Positions 18,978-27,640 of a DNA stretch of 64,000 nt are shown piece after piece. The translations under genes were made by a program, and so were the position numbers. Numbering within the stretch: position 1 is the stretch's first letter; each line of letters opens with the position of its first letter. This stretch comes from Myxococcales bacterium (lineage in GTDB: Bacteria > Myxococcota_A > Polyangia > Polyangiales > DASUME01): positions 7,904,001-7,968,000 of the forward strand of contig JASGJH010000001.1 in the NCBI GenBank assembly GCA_047601445.1, given 5' to 3'. The notes beneath the pieces were generated by a model. It ran no database searches and was not told the origin of the DNA. It saw only the letters and a list, made by a program, of their open reading frames with translations.

Positions 18978-19931
18978 TCAAAGTAACGGGTCGAGCAACA
19001 CCTTGAGGCAGCCCTTGGTGCTTGCAGCCTCGAATGCACGTGTGGCGTCGGGCAAGGCGAAGCGCTGACTGATCAAGGGCGTCGGGTCGATGCGCTGCGC
19101 GCGCATGGCCTCGAGCGCGGGCGCAAAGGGACCGCAGCGCGAACCTACCAAGGTGAGCTCGTGGATCACGATCGGCGCGGTCTCGAGCGAAACGGCGCCG
19201 TGGAAGGTGCTCTTGAGCACCAGCGTGCCGCGCGGCCGTGTGGCCTCGACGGCGCTCTTCAAGCCCTGCGCGCTTCCGGTCGCCTCCACGACCAAGTCGA
19301 AGCTGCCTGCCGGCCGATCTGGCAGCTGGTATACGGTGACCCCGCGGCGTCGTGCCAGCTCGAGCTTGGCGCCGTGCTTGCCCACCAGGTGTACCTGGGC
19401 CCCCACCCCGGAGAGCACCAGTGCGCACAAGAGGCCCAACTTGCCATCCCCCAACACCAGGCAGCGTTGTCCGGAGGCTACCCGCACCTGCTCGAGGATT
19501 TCGTGGGCAGCCGCCAGTGGCTCCGTGAATACGGCAGCCTCGTCGCTGAGCTCGCGCGGCACCTCGAACAGATTCCGCTCGGGCAGGGTGACGTACTCTG
19601 CAAAACAGCCGTCCTTGCCGAGGATGCCCAGCACCGTGCGCTGCGGGCAGTGGCGCGCGAGGCCGTGCGCGCAAACGTCGCAGTGACCACAGCCCAGGTT
19701 GATCTCGCCGTTGACGCGCTTGCCCACCCAGGCGGGGCTATCTGCTTCCACCACGTGGCCCACGAACTCGTGCCCGAGCACGCCCGAGAATCCCATGTAG
19801 CCCTTCACGAGCTCGAGGTCGGTGTTGCACACGCCGGCGAGTGAGACCCGAATCAGCGCCTCACCGGGCCGGCGCCTGGGAACGTCGATTTCACGGACGG
19901 CGAGGTCGGGCGCGAGCGAAAGAGCGTGCAT
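18978..19931 (-). CDS. Zinc-dependent alcohol dehydrogenase (MDR family)
   Basis: GVCNTD, GHEFVG, CGHCDVC..C, EPLAAA, GDGKLG. Confidence 0.92.
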   Translation of the reverse strand: MHALSLAPDLAVREIDVPRRRPGEALIRVSLAGVCNTDLELVKGYMGFSGVLGHEFVGHVVEADSPAWVGKRVNGEINLGCGHCDVCAHGLARHCPQRTVLGILGKDGCFAEYVTLPERNLFEVPRELSDEAAVFTEPLAAAHEILEQVRVASGQRCLVLGDGKLGLLCALVLSGVGAQVHLVGKHGAKLELARRRGVTVYQLPDRPAGSFDLVVEATGSAQGLKSAVEATRPRGTLVLKSTFHGAVSLETAPIVIHELTLVGSRCGPFAPALEAMRAQRIDPTPLISQRFALPDATRAFEAASTKGCLKVLLDPLL

Positions 19932-19947
19932 GGGGTTACGTTAGCGC

Positions 19948-20505
19948 ATGGCCTTGAAACCGTGGACCAAGCTCGGTCGCAGCGAGATGCTGGTGACGCG
20001 CATCTTCAAGCTCTTCGCCGAGCGCTGGGTCTCGCCTCGCACGGGTCAGGAACACACGTTCTCGGTGATCGACTCGCCGGACTGGGTGAACGTGGTGGCG
20101 TTCGACACGGCGGGACAGCTCATCCTCATCCGGCAGTTCCGTTTCGGCACCGGTGCCTTCACCCTGGAGGTGCCCGGCGGCATGGTGGACCTGGGGGAAG
20201 ATCCGCGCGTGACCGCCGGCCGTGAGCTGCGGGAAGAGACTGGCTATCGCGCGAGCTCAATCGTGGATCTCGGGTTCATTTATCCGAATCCCGCCATCCA
20301 GAACAACAAGGCTCACATGTTCCTGGCGGAAGGCTGCGTGTTCGAGGGGGCCGCCCAGCTCGACGCCGGGGAGGATATTGAAATCGCGCTCTACCCGCTC
20401 GACGCGGCGCTCGCGGCGCTCGAATGCGGCGAGATCAGTCACGCCCTGGTGGCAGTCGCGTTGCAGCGGTTCTCCATGCATCGAGAGGGGCGCCTCAGGC
20501 TCTAA
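19948..20505 (+). CDS. NUDIX hydrolase (ADP-ribose pyrophosphatase-like)
   Basis: Nudix box GGMVDLGEDPRVTAGRELREETGY. Confidence 0.92.
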   Translation: MALKPWTKLGRSEMLVTRIFKLFAERWVSPRTGQEHTFSVIDSPDWVNVVAFDTAGQLILIRQFRFGTGAFTLEVPGGMVDLGEDPRVTAGRELREETGYRASSIVDLGFIYPNPAIQNNKAHMFLAEGCVFEGAAQLDAGEDIEIALYPLDAALAALECGEISHALVAVALQRFSMHREGRLRL

Positions 20506-20897
20506 ACGGCCGATGTAAGGCATGGTCGGTCGGTCGAGGCCGCGCTGGCGCGGCCGTCGCGCGGTGCGCGGGCGATTCGCTCCTGGAGCCACGGAAATCT
20601 GAGAAATGGTCACGAAATGTCCCGTAGCTGGGGCATGTCGAGCCTCGACCGCCCCCGGTGCTGGAGCATGGAAGCGTCGTCTTTTCGCGGTTCTGGCTAG
20701 CTACGGACCTGCCGGTGGTGTAATCATCGAAGTGGTTCTTGGCTCTGCCCTGAGTGCGCGGGTTGGGGGTCTGCAACCGCACGGCCTTACCGAAACCGCG
20801 CAACCCCGAGAGGGGCTATCAGCATGCCGCGTTAGGACACAAGCGTGCACGACACCAGGGCGGGCCTTTTCAGGCGACTGGCGAGGAGGACTCGGAG

Positions 20898-22178
20898 ATG
20901 AAAGCGCAGATCAAGGTCGGAGACGTCAACTTCGAGACGGACGTCGTCGTTGGTAGCGAGGGCGAACAGGGCATCGACATCGGGAAGCTGCGCGACAAGA
21001 CAGGCATCGTCACGCTCGACCCAGCCTTCGTGAACACGGCCTCCACCAAGAGCGCCATCACCTTCATCGACGGCGACAAGGGCATCCTGCGCTACCGCGG
21101 CATCCCGATCGAGCAGCTCGCCGAGCACAGCACCTTCGTGGAGACGGCCTACCTGTTGATCTACGGGCACCTGCCCACGGCCGACGAGCTCACCAGGTTC
21201 TCCACGCTGCTGACGCGTCACTCGATGATCCACGAGGACATGAAGCACTTCTTCGATGGCTACCCCTCCACGGCGCACCCGATGGCCGTGCTGAGCGCCA
21301 TGATTTGCTCCATGTCGAGCTACTACCCGGACGCTCTCGACGTGAACAACAAGGACGTGATCGACATCACGATCGCGCGCCTCATCTCGAAGGTCCGCAC
21401 CATCGCGGCCTACGCCTACAAGAAGTCCATCGGCCAACCCTTCGTGTACCCGAAGAACTCGCTCAAGTACGCGGGTAACTTCCTGCACATGATGTTCAGC
21501 GTGCCGGCGGAGCCCTACGAGGTCGATCCCGAGATCGAGCGCGTGCTGAACCAGCTCCTGATCCTCCACGCCGACCACGAGCAGAACTGCTCCACCTCCA
21601 CGGTGCGTTTGGTCGGCTCCTCCAAGGCGAACCTGTTCGCGGCCATCGCGGCGGGCGTCTGTGCGCTCTGGGGTCCCCTCCATGGCGGCGCCAACCAGGA
21701 AGTGCTCGAGATGCTCGAGGCCATCCAGAACGATGGCGGCGACGTGAAGAAGTACGTCCTCAAGGCGAAGGACAAGAACTCGAACTTCAAGCTGATGGGC
21801 TTCGGCCACCGCGTGTATCGCAACTTCGATCCGCGCGCGAAGATCATCAAGGTCGCTGCCGACAAGGTGCTCAACAAGCTCGGCGTGCAGGATCCGCTGC
21901 TCGACATCGCCATGCAGCTCGAAGAGGCCGCCCTCACGGACGACTACTTCAAGGAGCGCAAGCTGTACCCGAACGTCGACTTCTACTCGGGCATCATCTA
22001 TCGCGCGCTGGGCTTCCCCACCAACATGTTCACGGTGATGTTCGCGCTCGGTCGCTTGCCCGGCTGGATCGCGCACTGGCGTGAGATGCTCGACGACCCG
22101 AGCACCAAGATCGGCCGCCCGCGCCAGATCTACACGGGTCCGGTCGAGACCAACTACGTGCCGCTCGACAAGCGCTAA
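20898..22178 (+). CDS. gltA: Citrate synthase (type II)
   Basis: ILHADHEQNCSTST, GPLHGGAN, MGFGHRVY, YPNVDFYSG; GAGGAGG RBS. Confidence 0.97.
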   Translation: MKAQIKVGDVNFETDVVVGSEGEQGIDIGKLRDKTGIVTLDPAFVNTASTKSAITFIDGDKGILRYRGIPIEQLAEHSTFVETAYLLIYGHLPTADELTRFSTLLTRHSMIHEDMKHFFDGYPSTAHPMAVLSAMICSMSSYYPDALDVNNKDVIDITIARLISKVRTIAAYAYKKSIGQPFVYPKNSLKYAGNFLHMMFSVPAEPYEVDPEIERVLNQLLILHADHEQNCSTSTVRLVGSSKANLFAAIAAGVCALWGPLHGGANQEVLEMLEAIQNDGGDVKKYVLKAKDKNSNFKLMGFGHRVYRNFDPRAKIIKVAADKVLNKLGVQDPLLDIAMQLEEAALTDDYFKERKLYPNVDFYSGIIYRALGFPTNMFTVMFALGRLPGWIAHWREMLDDPSTKIGRPRQIYTGPVETNYVPLDKR

Positions 22179-22218
22179 CCGGGTTGCGGACCTCGGGATG
22201 AGCCTCTCATCCCGTAAA

Positions 22219-22291
22219 CGTGCCCGTGCCCGTGCTCGCAAACGACTTCCGCTCTTCGGAAGAATCGTTTACGGGCACAGGCACGGGCACG
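22219..22291. repeat. REP/MITE-like long inverted repeat (GTGCCC family), copy 1
   Basis: CGTGCCCGTGCCCGTGCTCGCAAACGA ... TCGTTTACGGGCACAGGCACGGGCACG, between convergent gltA and phosphoesterase genes. Confidence 0.8.
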
Positions 22292-22322
22292 CCTACGTTG
22301 AGGGATCGATCCGACCAAGTTC

Positions 22323-23480
22323 CTAAGCCCGCTTGAGCTTCAAACTCGTGATCTCCGGCGGCACGAAGCTGCGCAGGGGGGGCCCCCAGTAGCAAGTCCC
22401 GCGATTCACGTAGACCCACATGCCGTCGATCTGGGCCAGGCCTTTGACCACCGGCTGCACCAGGCCGACGAACAGGTTCCAGGGGAAGAACTGCCCCCCG
22501 TGGGTGTGGCCCGAAAGCTGGAGCGCGTAGCCGAGCTTGCTCGCGTCGAATGCGCTGCGCGGCTGGTGGGCGAGCAAGATGCGCGTGGCGTCGGCGGGGG
22601 CACCTGCGATGGCTGCCTTGGGATCCGAGGTGTGGCCGGGGAACTTGTGTCCCTCGCGCTGATCGGTGACACCCGCCAAGACCAGGCGGGCTCCCTGGCG
22701 CTCGATGACGCTGTGCTGGTTGTTGAGCACGCTCATGCCGAGCTCGCGGAAATGGGCGCACCAGGCGTCGACGCCCGAATAGTACTCGTGATTTCCGGTG
22801 ACGCAGAACACGCCGTCGGGCGCGCGCAGGTAGGCGAGCGGGGAGAAGTCGTCGCGCAGCTCGTCCACGCTGCCATCCACCAGGTCCCCGGTGAGCACCA
22901 CCAGGTCGGGGCGCAGGCTCGTCACCTGTTCGACGATGGGCAGGATGAAGTCCTTGTCGATGGTCTGGCCCACGTGCACGTCCGAGAGCTGCACGATGTG
23001 GTAGCCGTCGAAGGCCGCCGGTAGACCCTTGATGGGCACCTCCACCTCGACCACCTCGGGAACGCGGCGCGCCTCGCGCAGGCCGATGATGCCGAGCACG
23101 GCGGTGCTGCCCACCGCGGCGCCGCCCGTGGTGTTGAGGAGGAAGCGCCGACGTTCGGCCGAAGGGAGCTCGGAGGCAGGGGCCCGGAGGCGACGGATCA
23201 GGGTGGGCACGCCGAGCACCAGATCGCGCCCGAGCAGCAACGCGAACAGGGTGGAGAAGCTGCCGATATAGGTCCAGGCGAGCCAGCGGTACGCGAGGGT
23301 CAGCGAGGGCACCAAGCGGTCGGCCAAGAAGACGCCGCTTCCGAGGAGGCACAACACCGCGAACAGCGTGTAGAGCAGGATGCGCAGCCAGCGCCGCGAG
23401 AGCGGCTGCACCAGGCGGGTGGCCACATACAGGTGGCCCAGGGCCCAGACGCTGTTGGCGATGATGAAGAACCTAAGCAT
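22323..23480 (-). CDS. Membrane-bound metallophosphoesterase (YkuE/YaeI-like)
   Basis: N-terminal TM helices, RRRFL, SDVH, GDLVD, GNHE, LLAHQP, SGHTHGGQ. Confidence 0.9.
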   Translation of the reverse strand: MLRFFIIANSVWALGHLYVATRLVQPLSRRWLRILLYTLFAVLCLLGSGVFLADRLVPSLTLAYRWLAWTYIGSFSTLFALLLGRDLVLGVPTLIRRLRAPASELPSAERRRFLLNTTGGAAVGSTAVLGIIGLREARRVPEVVEVEVPIKGLPAAFDGYHIVQLSDVHVGQTIDKDFILPIVEQVTSLRPDLVVLTGDLVDGSVDELRDDFSPLAYLRAPDGVFCVTGNHEYYSGVDAWCAHFRELGMSVLNNQHSVIERQGARLVLAGVTDQREGHKFPGHTSDPKAAIAGAPADATRILLAHQPRSAFDASKLGYALQLSGHTHGGQFFPWNLFVGLVQPVVKGLAQIDGMWVYVNRGTCYWGPPLRSFVPPEITSLKLKRA

Positions 23481-23536
23481 GGACGCGCCCCGTCTTTTGG
23501 CTGAACAAAGCGTCGCACTAGCATAAGTTCGAGCTC

Positions 23537-23950
23537 GTGGATTTTCCCGAGCGATTGGAAGTGATCATCGAGGTCCCGCGCGGGGGCTTCATCAAGCGCA
23601 AGGACGACGGCGGGGTGGACTTCGTCTCGCCCTTCCCGTGTCCCTTCAACTACGGCAGTGTCCCGGACACCGTCTCGGGCGATGGGGATCGGCTCGATGC
23701 GTTGGTGTTGGGACCCAGTGCGGCGCGCGGGACGCGCGTGGTGGGTAGGGTGGTGGGCCGCGTGCGCTTCGTGGACGCGGGGCTCGAGGACCCCAAGTAC
23801 ATCTGCAGTGAAGGGCCGCTCGGCGCGGCCGACCGGCGGCGCATCGAGCGCTTCTTCACGTTCTACGCGCGGGCCAAGCAGGCGCTGAATCTGCTGCGTG
23901 GAAAGCGAGGCACCACGGCCTATCGAGGCATCGAGCTCTTGCCTCCTTGA
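23537..23950 (+). CDS. Short family I inorganic pyrophosphatase-like protein
   Basis: VIIEVPRG, PFNYGSVPDT, DGDRLDALV, DPK, IERFFTFY. Confidence 0.8.
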   Translation: MDFPERLEVIIEVPRGGFIKRKDDGGVDFVSPFPCPFNYGSVPDTVSGDGDRLDALVLGPSAARGTRVVGRVVGRVRFVDAGLEDPKYICSEGPLGAADRRRIERFFTFYARAKQALNLLRGKRGTTAYRGIELLPP

Positions 23951-23989
23951 ATGGTCGCGCTGCCCTGTCGGGGCGCGCGAGGCGTTCGT

Positions 23990-25480
23990 TCATTCGTAGG
24001 GATTGGCCGGCAGTACCTCCGCGCGGGATGCTGGTTTGCGATCCCCGAAGTCGAGGTCGGGAGCAAACGGGGACTTGAGCTCCACTTCCTTGAGCTCTCG
24101 TTCGAATGCGTGTGAAGGGGCCCTCGGCACGGCTTCGCGGGGCGGCTCGTTGAGCGTGTTCGCCGCGGGGAGCTCGCCGATCGCGGGGGTGGGCTGGGCG
24201 ACCAGCTCTCGCAGCTCGCGCTTGCGCTTATGGAGCTGCCTCACGGCCTCGGCCGAGTTGGCCACTTGTCCTTCGGGGGGGGTGATGGGCGCGCTGGGCG
24301 CCTGCATCGCCGAAAGCATGGTCGGCACGCTGGGGCGCACGGTCGTGGCGCTCGCGAGCTCCGGGGCCGCGACGGGTCGAGTCACCTGCACGGGGACGGG
24401 AGCCGGAGTGGGAGCTGCGGGCGCCCACAGCTGGACGAGCGAGAAGATGCCGGCGCCGATGGCCAACACCAGGCTCGTGCCGAGGGCCAGGTTCGCGTGG
24501 TTGCGCGGCGCGGGCGTGGTCTTTCGAGCGGCGGGTGCGGGCGCGGGCGCGGGTGCGTCGAGCGAGGAGGGCGAGTTGCTCCCCCACAGGGCGCGCGGAA
24601 CCTGCGCCTCGAGCTGGTCGCGCATGGCCCTGGCACTCTTGAAGCGCCGCATCGGGATGCTCTCCATGGCGCGCTCGATCAGGGCCACGAGCTCGGAGGG
24701 CAGCTCGGTGCGGTGCACGTAGAGCGGTTGATGCTCGCGACGCAACACCGCGGCGACGATCTCGGCAGGGTGCTCGCCCTCGAAGGGCACGCGCCCGGAA
24801 AACATCTCGTAGGCCACCACGCCGAGCGCGTACACGTCGGTTCGCACGTCGATGGGATGATCCTGAATTTGCTCCGGCGCCATGTACTCGGGCGTGCCGA
24901 TGATGGTCCCGCGTCGCGTCAGGGCCACCGAGCTGTCACGCCTGAAAAATAGGCTCCGGCTCACTCCGAAGTCCATCAGGCGCACGCTCGGCGTCCGGTC
25001 CGAGGCGAACTGCACGATGATGTTGGCTGGCTTGATATCGCGATGCACCACGCCGGCGCGCTGGACGGCCTCCACAGCGCGCAGCAGGTCACGCAGGATG
25101 AGCGCGCCGAGCCGCAGTCCCAGGCGGCCGCGCGACAACAGGTTCTCGAGGGTCGGCCCGACCACCTTCTCCATGACCAGGTACGGCGTGCCGTCGGGCA
25201 GGGTGCCCACGTCGTAGACCTTGGGCACGTGCGGATCTTCCACGGCTGCGCACAAGGCAGCTTCGCGCCGCAGGCGGGCCGCCGCGTTGGGGCCGTGCGG
25301 GCCCTCCATGTTCACGACCTTCAGCGCCACCGGTGAGTTCAGCTTCGTGTGCAGCGCTTCGTACACCACGGCCGTGCCGCCCTCTCCCAAGACTGCGCGT
25401 ATCTCGAATTGGTTGACGCGCGTTCCAATGGTCAGGGGTCCCAGATTCCTCACTGCTTTGACTTCGGTACTGCTCAACAT
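23990..25480 (-). CDS. Hanks-type Ser/Thr protein kinase with TM helix and Pro-rich tail ending NPYE
   Basis: GEGGTA, VALK, HRDIKPAN, DFG, GTPEYMAPEQ. Start codon uncertain. Confidence 0.92.
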   Translation of the reverse strand: MLSSTEVKAVRNLGPLTIGTRVNQFEIRAVLGEGGTAVVYEALHTKLNSPVALKVVNMEGPHGPNAAARLRREAALCAAVEDPHVPKVYDVGTLPDGTPYLVMEKVVGPTLENLLSRGRLGLRLGALILRDLLRAVEAVQRAGVVHRDIKPANIIVQFASDRTPSVRLMDFGVSRSLFFRRDSSVALTRRGTIIGTPEYMAPEQIQDHPIDVRTDVYALGVVAYEMFSGRVPFEGEHPAEIVAAVLRREHQPLYVHRTELPSELVALIERAMESIPMRRFKSARAMRDQLEAQVPRALWGSNSPSSLDAPAPAPAPAARKTTPAPRNHANLALGTSLVLAIGAGIFSLVQLWAPAAPTPAPVPVQVTRPVAAPELASATTVRPSVPTMLSAMQAPSAPITPPEGQVANSAEAVRQLHKRKRELRELVAQPTPAIGELPAANTLNEPPREAVPRAPSHAFERELKEVELKSPFAPDLDFGDRKPASRAEVLPANPYE

Positions 25481-25711
25481 CACCGCACGCTTTGGCCCTT
25501 CTCGGCCGTCTTCGGCCCTCTTTCGCACCCTTTCGCAAGCCGCGTGCCCGCACAAAAACGCACGCATCGCTACGAGATCACATGCTTTTCCACGACAGAG
25601 CGAGCGTGCGGTTGAGTGCGTTAGCGAGCTCACACGAGGCAAGACGCGACACCCAGGTGAGCGCGCCTCACAGGCGCTGGCCAAATGCTTCAGGGGCGAT
25701 AGAAGTCAGCG

Positions 25712-26314
25712 ATGAAAACCTTCTTCGTCAGCATGGGTTTCCTGATCGGCCTCAGCCTTGGCTGCGGCAGCAAGCAGCACGACGGTTCGGTGCCGGAGAA
25801 GCAGGCCTTCTTGAGTGCGGGGGCCGATGTCCCCGCGCTCGTGCGAGTGGATCATCGGGGCAAGGTCGTGTCGTTGCGCTCGGACACGCCGACGCTCGTC
25901 TATTTCTATCCGCGTGACGGAACGCCCGGTTGCACCAAGGAAGCCTGCGCCTTTCGTGACTCCTGGCAGAAGTACGAAACGGCCGGTGTGCGCGTGATCG
26001 GAGTCTCCTCCGACAGCGAAGACGACCACCGCAAGTTCGCCGAAGAGCACTCGCTGCCGTTCTCTCTGATCGCGGATCCGGAGCACGTGTGGTCGGACGC
26101 CTTTGGCGTGGGCACGTTCGCGGGCCTCGACTCCCGTGTGAGCTTTTTGATCGACGCTCACGGCAAGGTGGCCAAGTCCTACGATGACGTGGACCCCGGC
26201 GTGCACGCCGAACAGGTGCTGGCGGACGCGCAGCAGCTCGGTCTCACCGCCAAGCCCGCCGCCGTGGAGACGCCGCCCGAGGCCCCCTCGGCGACGCCGC
26301 CCGCTCAACCCTGA
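25712..26314 (+). CDS. bcp: Peroxiredoxin BCP/PrxQ family, lipoprotein
   Basis: YFYPRDGTPGCTKEACAFRD; lipobox SLGC. Confidence 0.88.
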   Translation: MKTFFVSMGFLIGLSLGCGSKQHDGSVPEKQAFLSAGADVPALVRVDHRGKVVSLRSDTPTLVYFYPRDGTPGCTKEACAFRDSWQKYETAGVRVIGVSSDSEDDHRKFAEEHSLPFSLIADPEHVWSDAFGVGTFAGLDSRVSFLIDAHGKVAKSYDDVDPGVHAEQVLADAQQLGLTAKPAAVETPPEAPSATPPAQP

Positions 26315-27558
26315 GGCTTCTTGGGAGCGTTCTTCTGAGCCGGGAGTTCGCTGGGACGGAACGTCAGTGGGCGCTCGCCGTCCCAGGACAGCCCTGCGGC
26401 GAACTGCTGGATCGAGTCCACGAAGAACGCGTTGTAGAAGTCGCGTCCGCCGTAGTAGCGCGCGAACAATCCGAAGCCGGTGAGCCAGTAGGGAGCCAGC
26501 ACCGCTTCGAGCTCACCCGACAACTTCGGCACGCGGGGCCCGGTATCGGGAAATCCCGCGAGCGCCGTGCGCAGCGTGATCGAGCTGCGACCCCAGAGCG
26601 TGCGCGCCTCGAGCGTCGCGCGCACGCGGCCCCAGCCATAGAACCTGCGTAGGCCCGGATCGAGACCCCACGCGCCCGCGCGAAAGTTGCCCGCGACGCC
26701 GAACCCCGCAGCCGCGTGGGCGACGGCCACGCCGCGCGCGTTCAAGCGATGCACGCGGGCGTTCGCTTCGAGCAAGAAGCCGTTGGTCGCGAAGTTGCCG
26801 GACACGCGGTTGAGGGCCCTGGAAGGATCGGTCACTTGGGCGGTGATCGCGCGACAGGCCTTGGTGTCATCGCCGAGCGCCACGTCGAAGGTGCAGCGCT
26901 CTTGGCCGTTCGAGTAGTGAAAGAGACCGGTCCGAAAGCCGAACAAGGCGGGCGCTGGGCGATGCCAGATATAGAAGAGCTGCCCCGAGATGGTCGGACG
27001 ATACGACGGCATGCGCACGGGCTTGGACTCCTCGGCGAGCATGCGCAGGTCGCCCTCGAAGCTGAGCGTGGCGGCTCCAGACCAGTTCTTTCCCAGCAGG
27101 GCCTTGTCGCGCAGATCGTTGTAGAAGGGCAGGTGCAGCGCGTACTCGAGCGCGAAGATGAGCGGCTGGCGGTCGCCCTTGGGCCCCACCGGAGAGCCCC
27201 AGTAGAGATAGCTGCGGGGCAAGAACACGGGCGCGTCGGCGAGCGCCAGGTAGTCCATGGACTCGGTGGGGTCTTCCTGTTCGGAGGCGCTGGTGGGTTT
27301 TTTCTCCACGGCCTCCACCACGAGCTCCATCTCGGGTTCGCTCTGGGCCTTGGGCTCCTCCGCACCCGCTGACTGGGCGATCGACCAAGCCGTCAGGACG
27401 CCGCAGCTGATCCGCTGCCAACTTCGCGGACCCCTTGGCGCCGGGCGCTGCTGCGTAGGCTGAACGGGGGCCATGTCGGTTGCCGGCATCGGTTGTCCGA
27501 GCGTGACCCAGTCGCCGCTTTCCAGCACGTCCCGAAAAACTCGGCCGCACACAAACAC
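26305..27558 (-). CDS. Outer-membrane phospholipase A (PldA/OMPLA)-like protein
   Basis: HYSNGQ matches the OMPLA HxSNG catalytic motif; SKPVRMPSYRP; C-terminal RYYGGRDFYN. True start probably ~27475-27495. Confidence 0.65.
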   Translation of the reverse strand: MFVCGRVFRDVLESGDWVTLGQPMPATDMAPVQPTQQRPAPRGPRSWQRISCGVLTAWSIAQSAGAEEPKAQSEPEMELVVEAVEKKPTSASEQEDPTESMDYLALADAPVFLPRSYLYWGSPVGPKGDRQPLIFALEYALHLPFYNDLRDKALLGKNWSGAATLSFEGDLRMLAEESKPVRMPSYRPTISGQLFYIWHRPAPALFGFRTGLFHYSNGQERCTFDVALGDDTKACRAITAQVTDPSRALNRVSGNFATNGFLLEANARVHRLNARGVAVAHAAAGFGVAGNFRAGAWGLDPGLRRFYGWGRVRATLEARTLWGRSSITLRTALAGFPDTGPRVPKLSGELEAVLAPYWLTGFGLFARYYGGRDFYNAFFVDSIQQFAAGLSWDGERPLTFRPSELPAQKNAPKKPQG

Positions 27559-27640
27559 AGTGGGTCAGAAAGGGGCCACTCTGTGCCAAAATTGGCCCAC
27601 GCCATGGGGTCTTGTACCCATGGACGCAGGGGCTGGGGTC

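Noticed and set aside
20506..20897. Riboswitch in the long gltA upstream region
   Set aside because: Only short GC hairpins are present, with no recognisable aptamer consensus.
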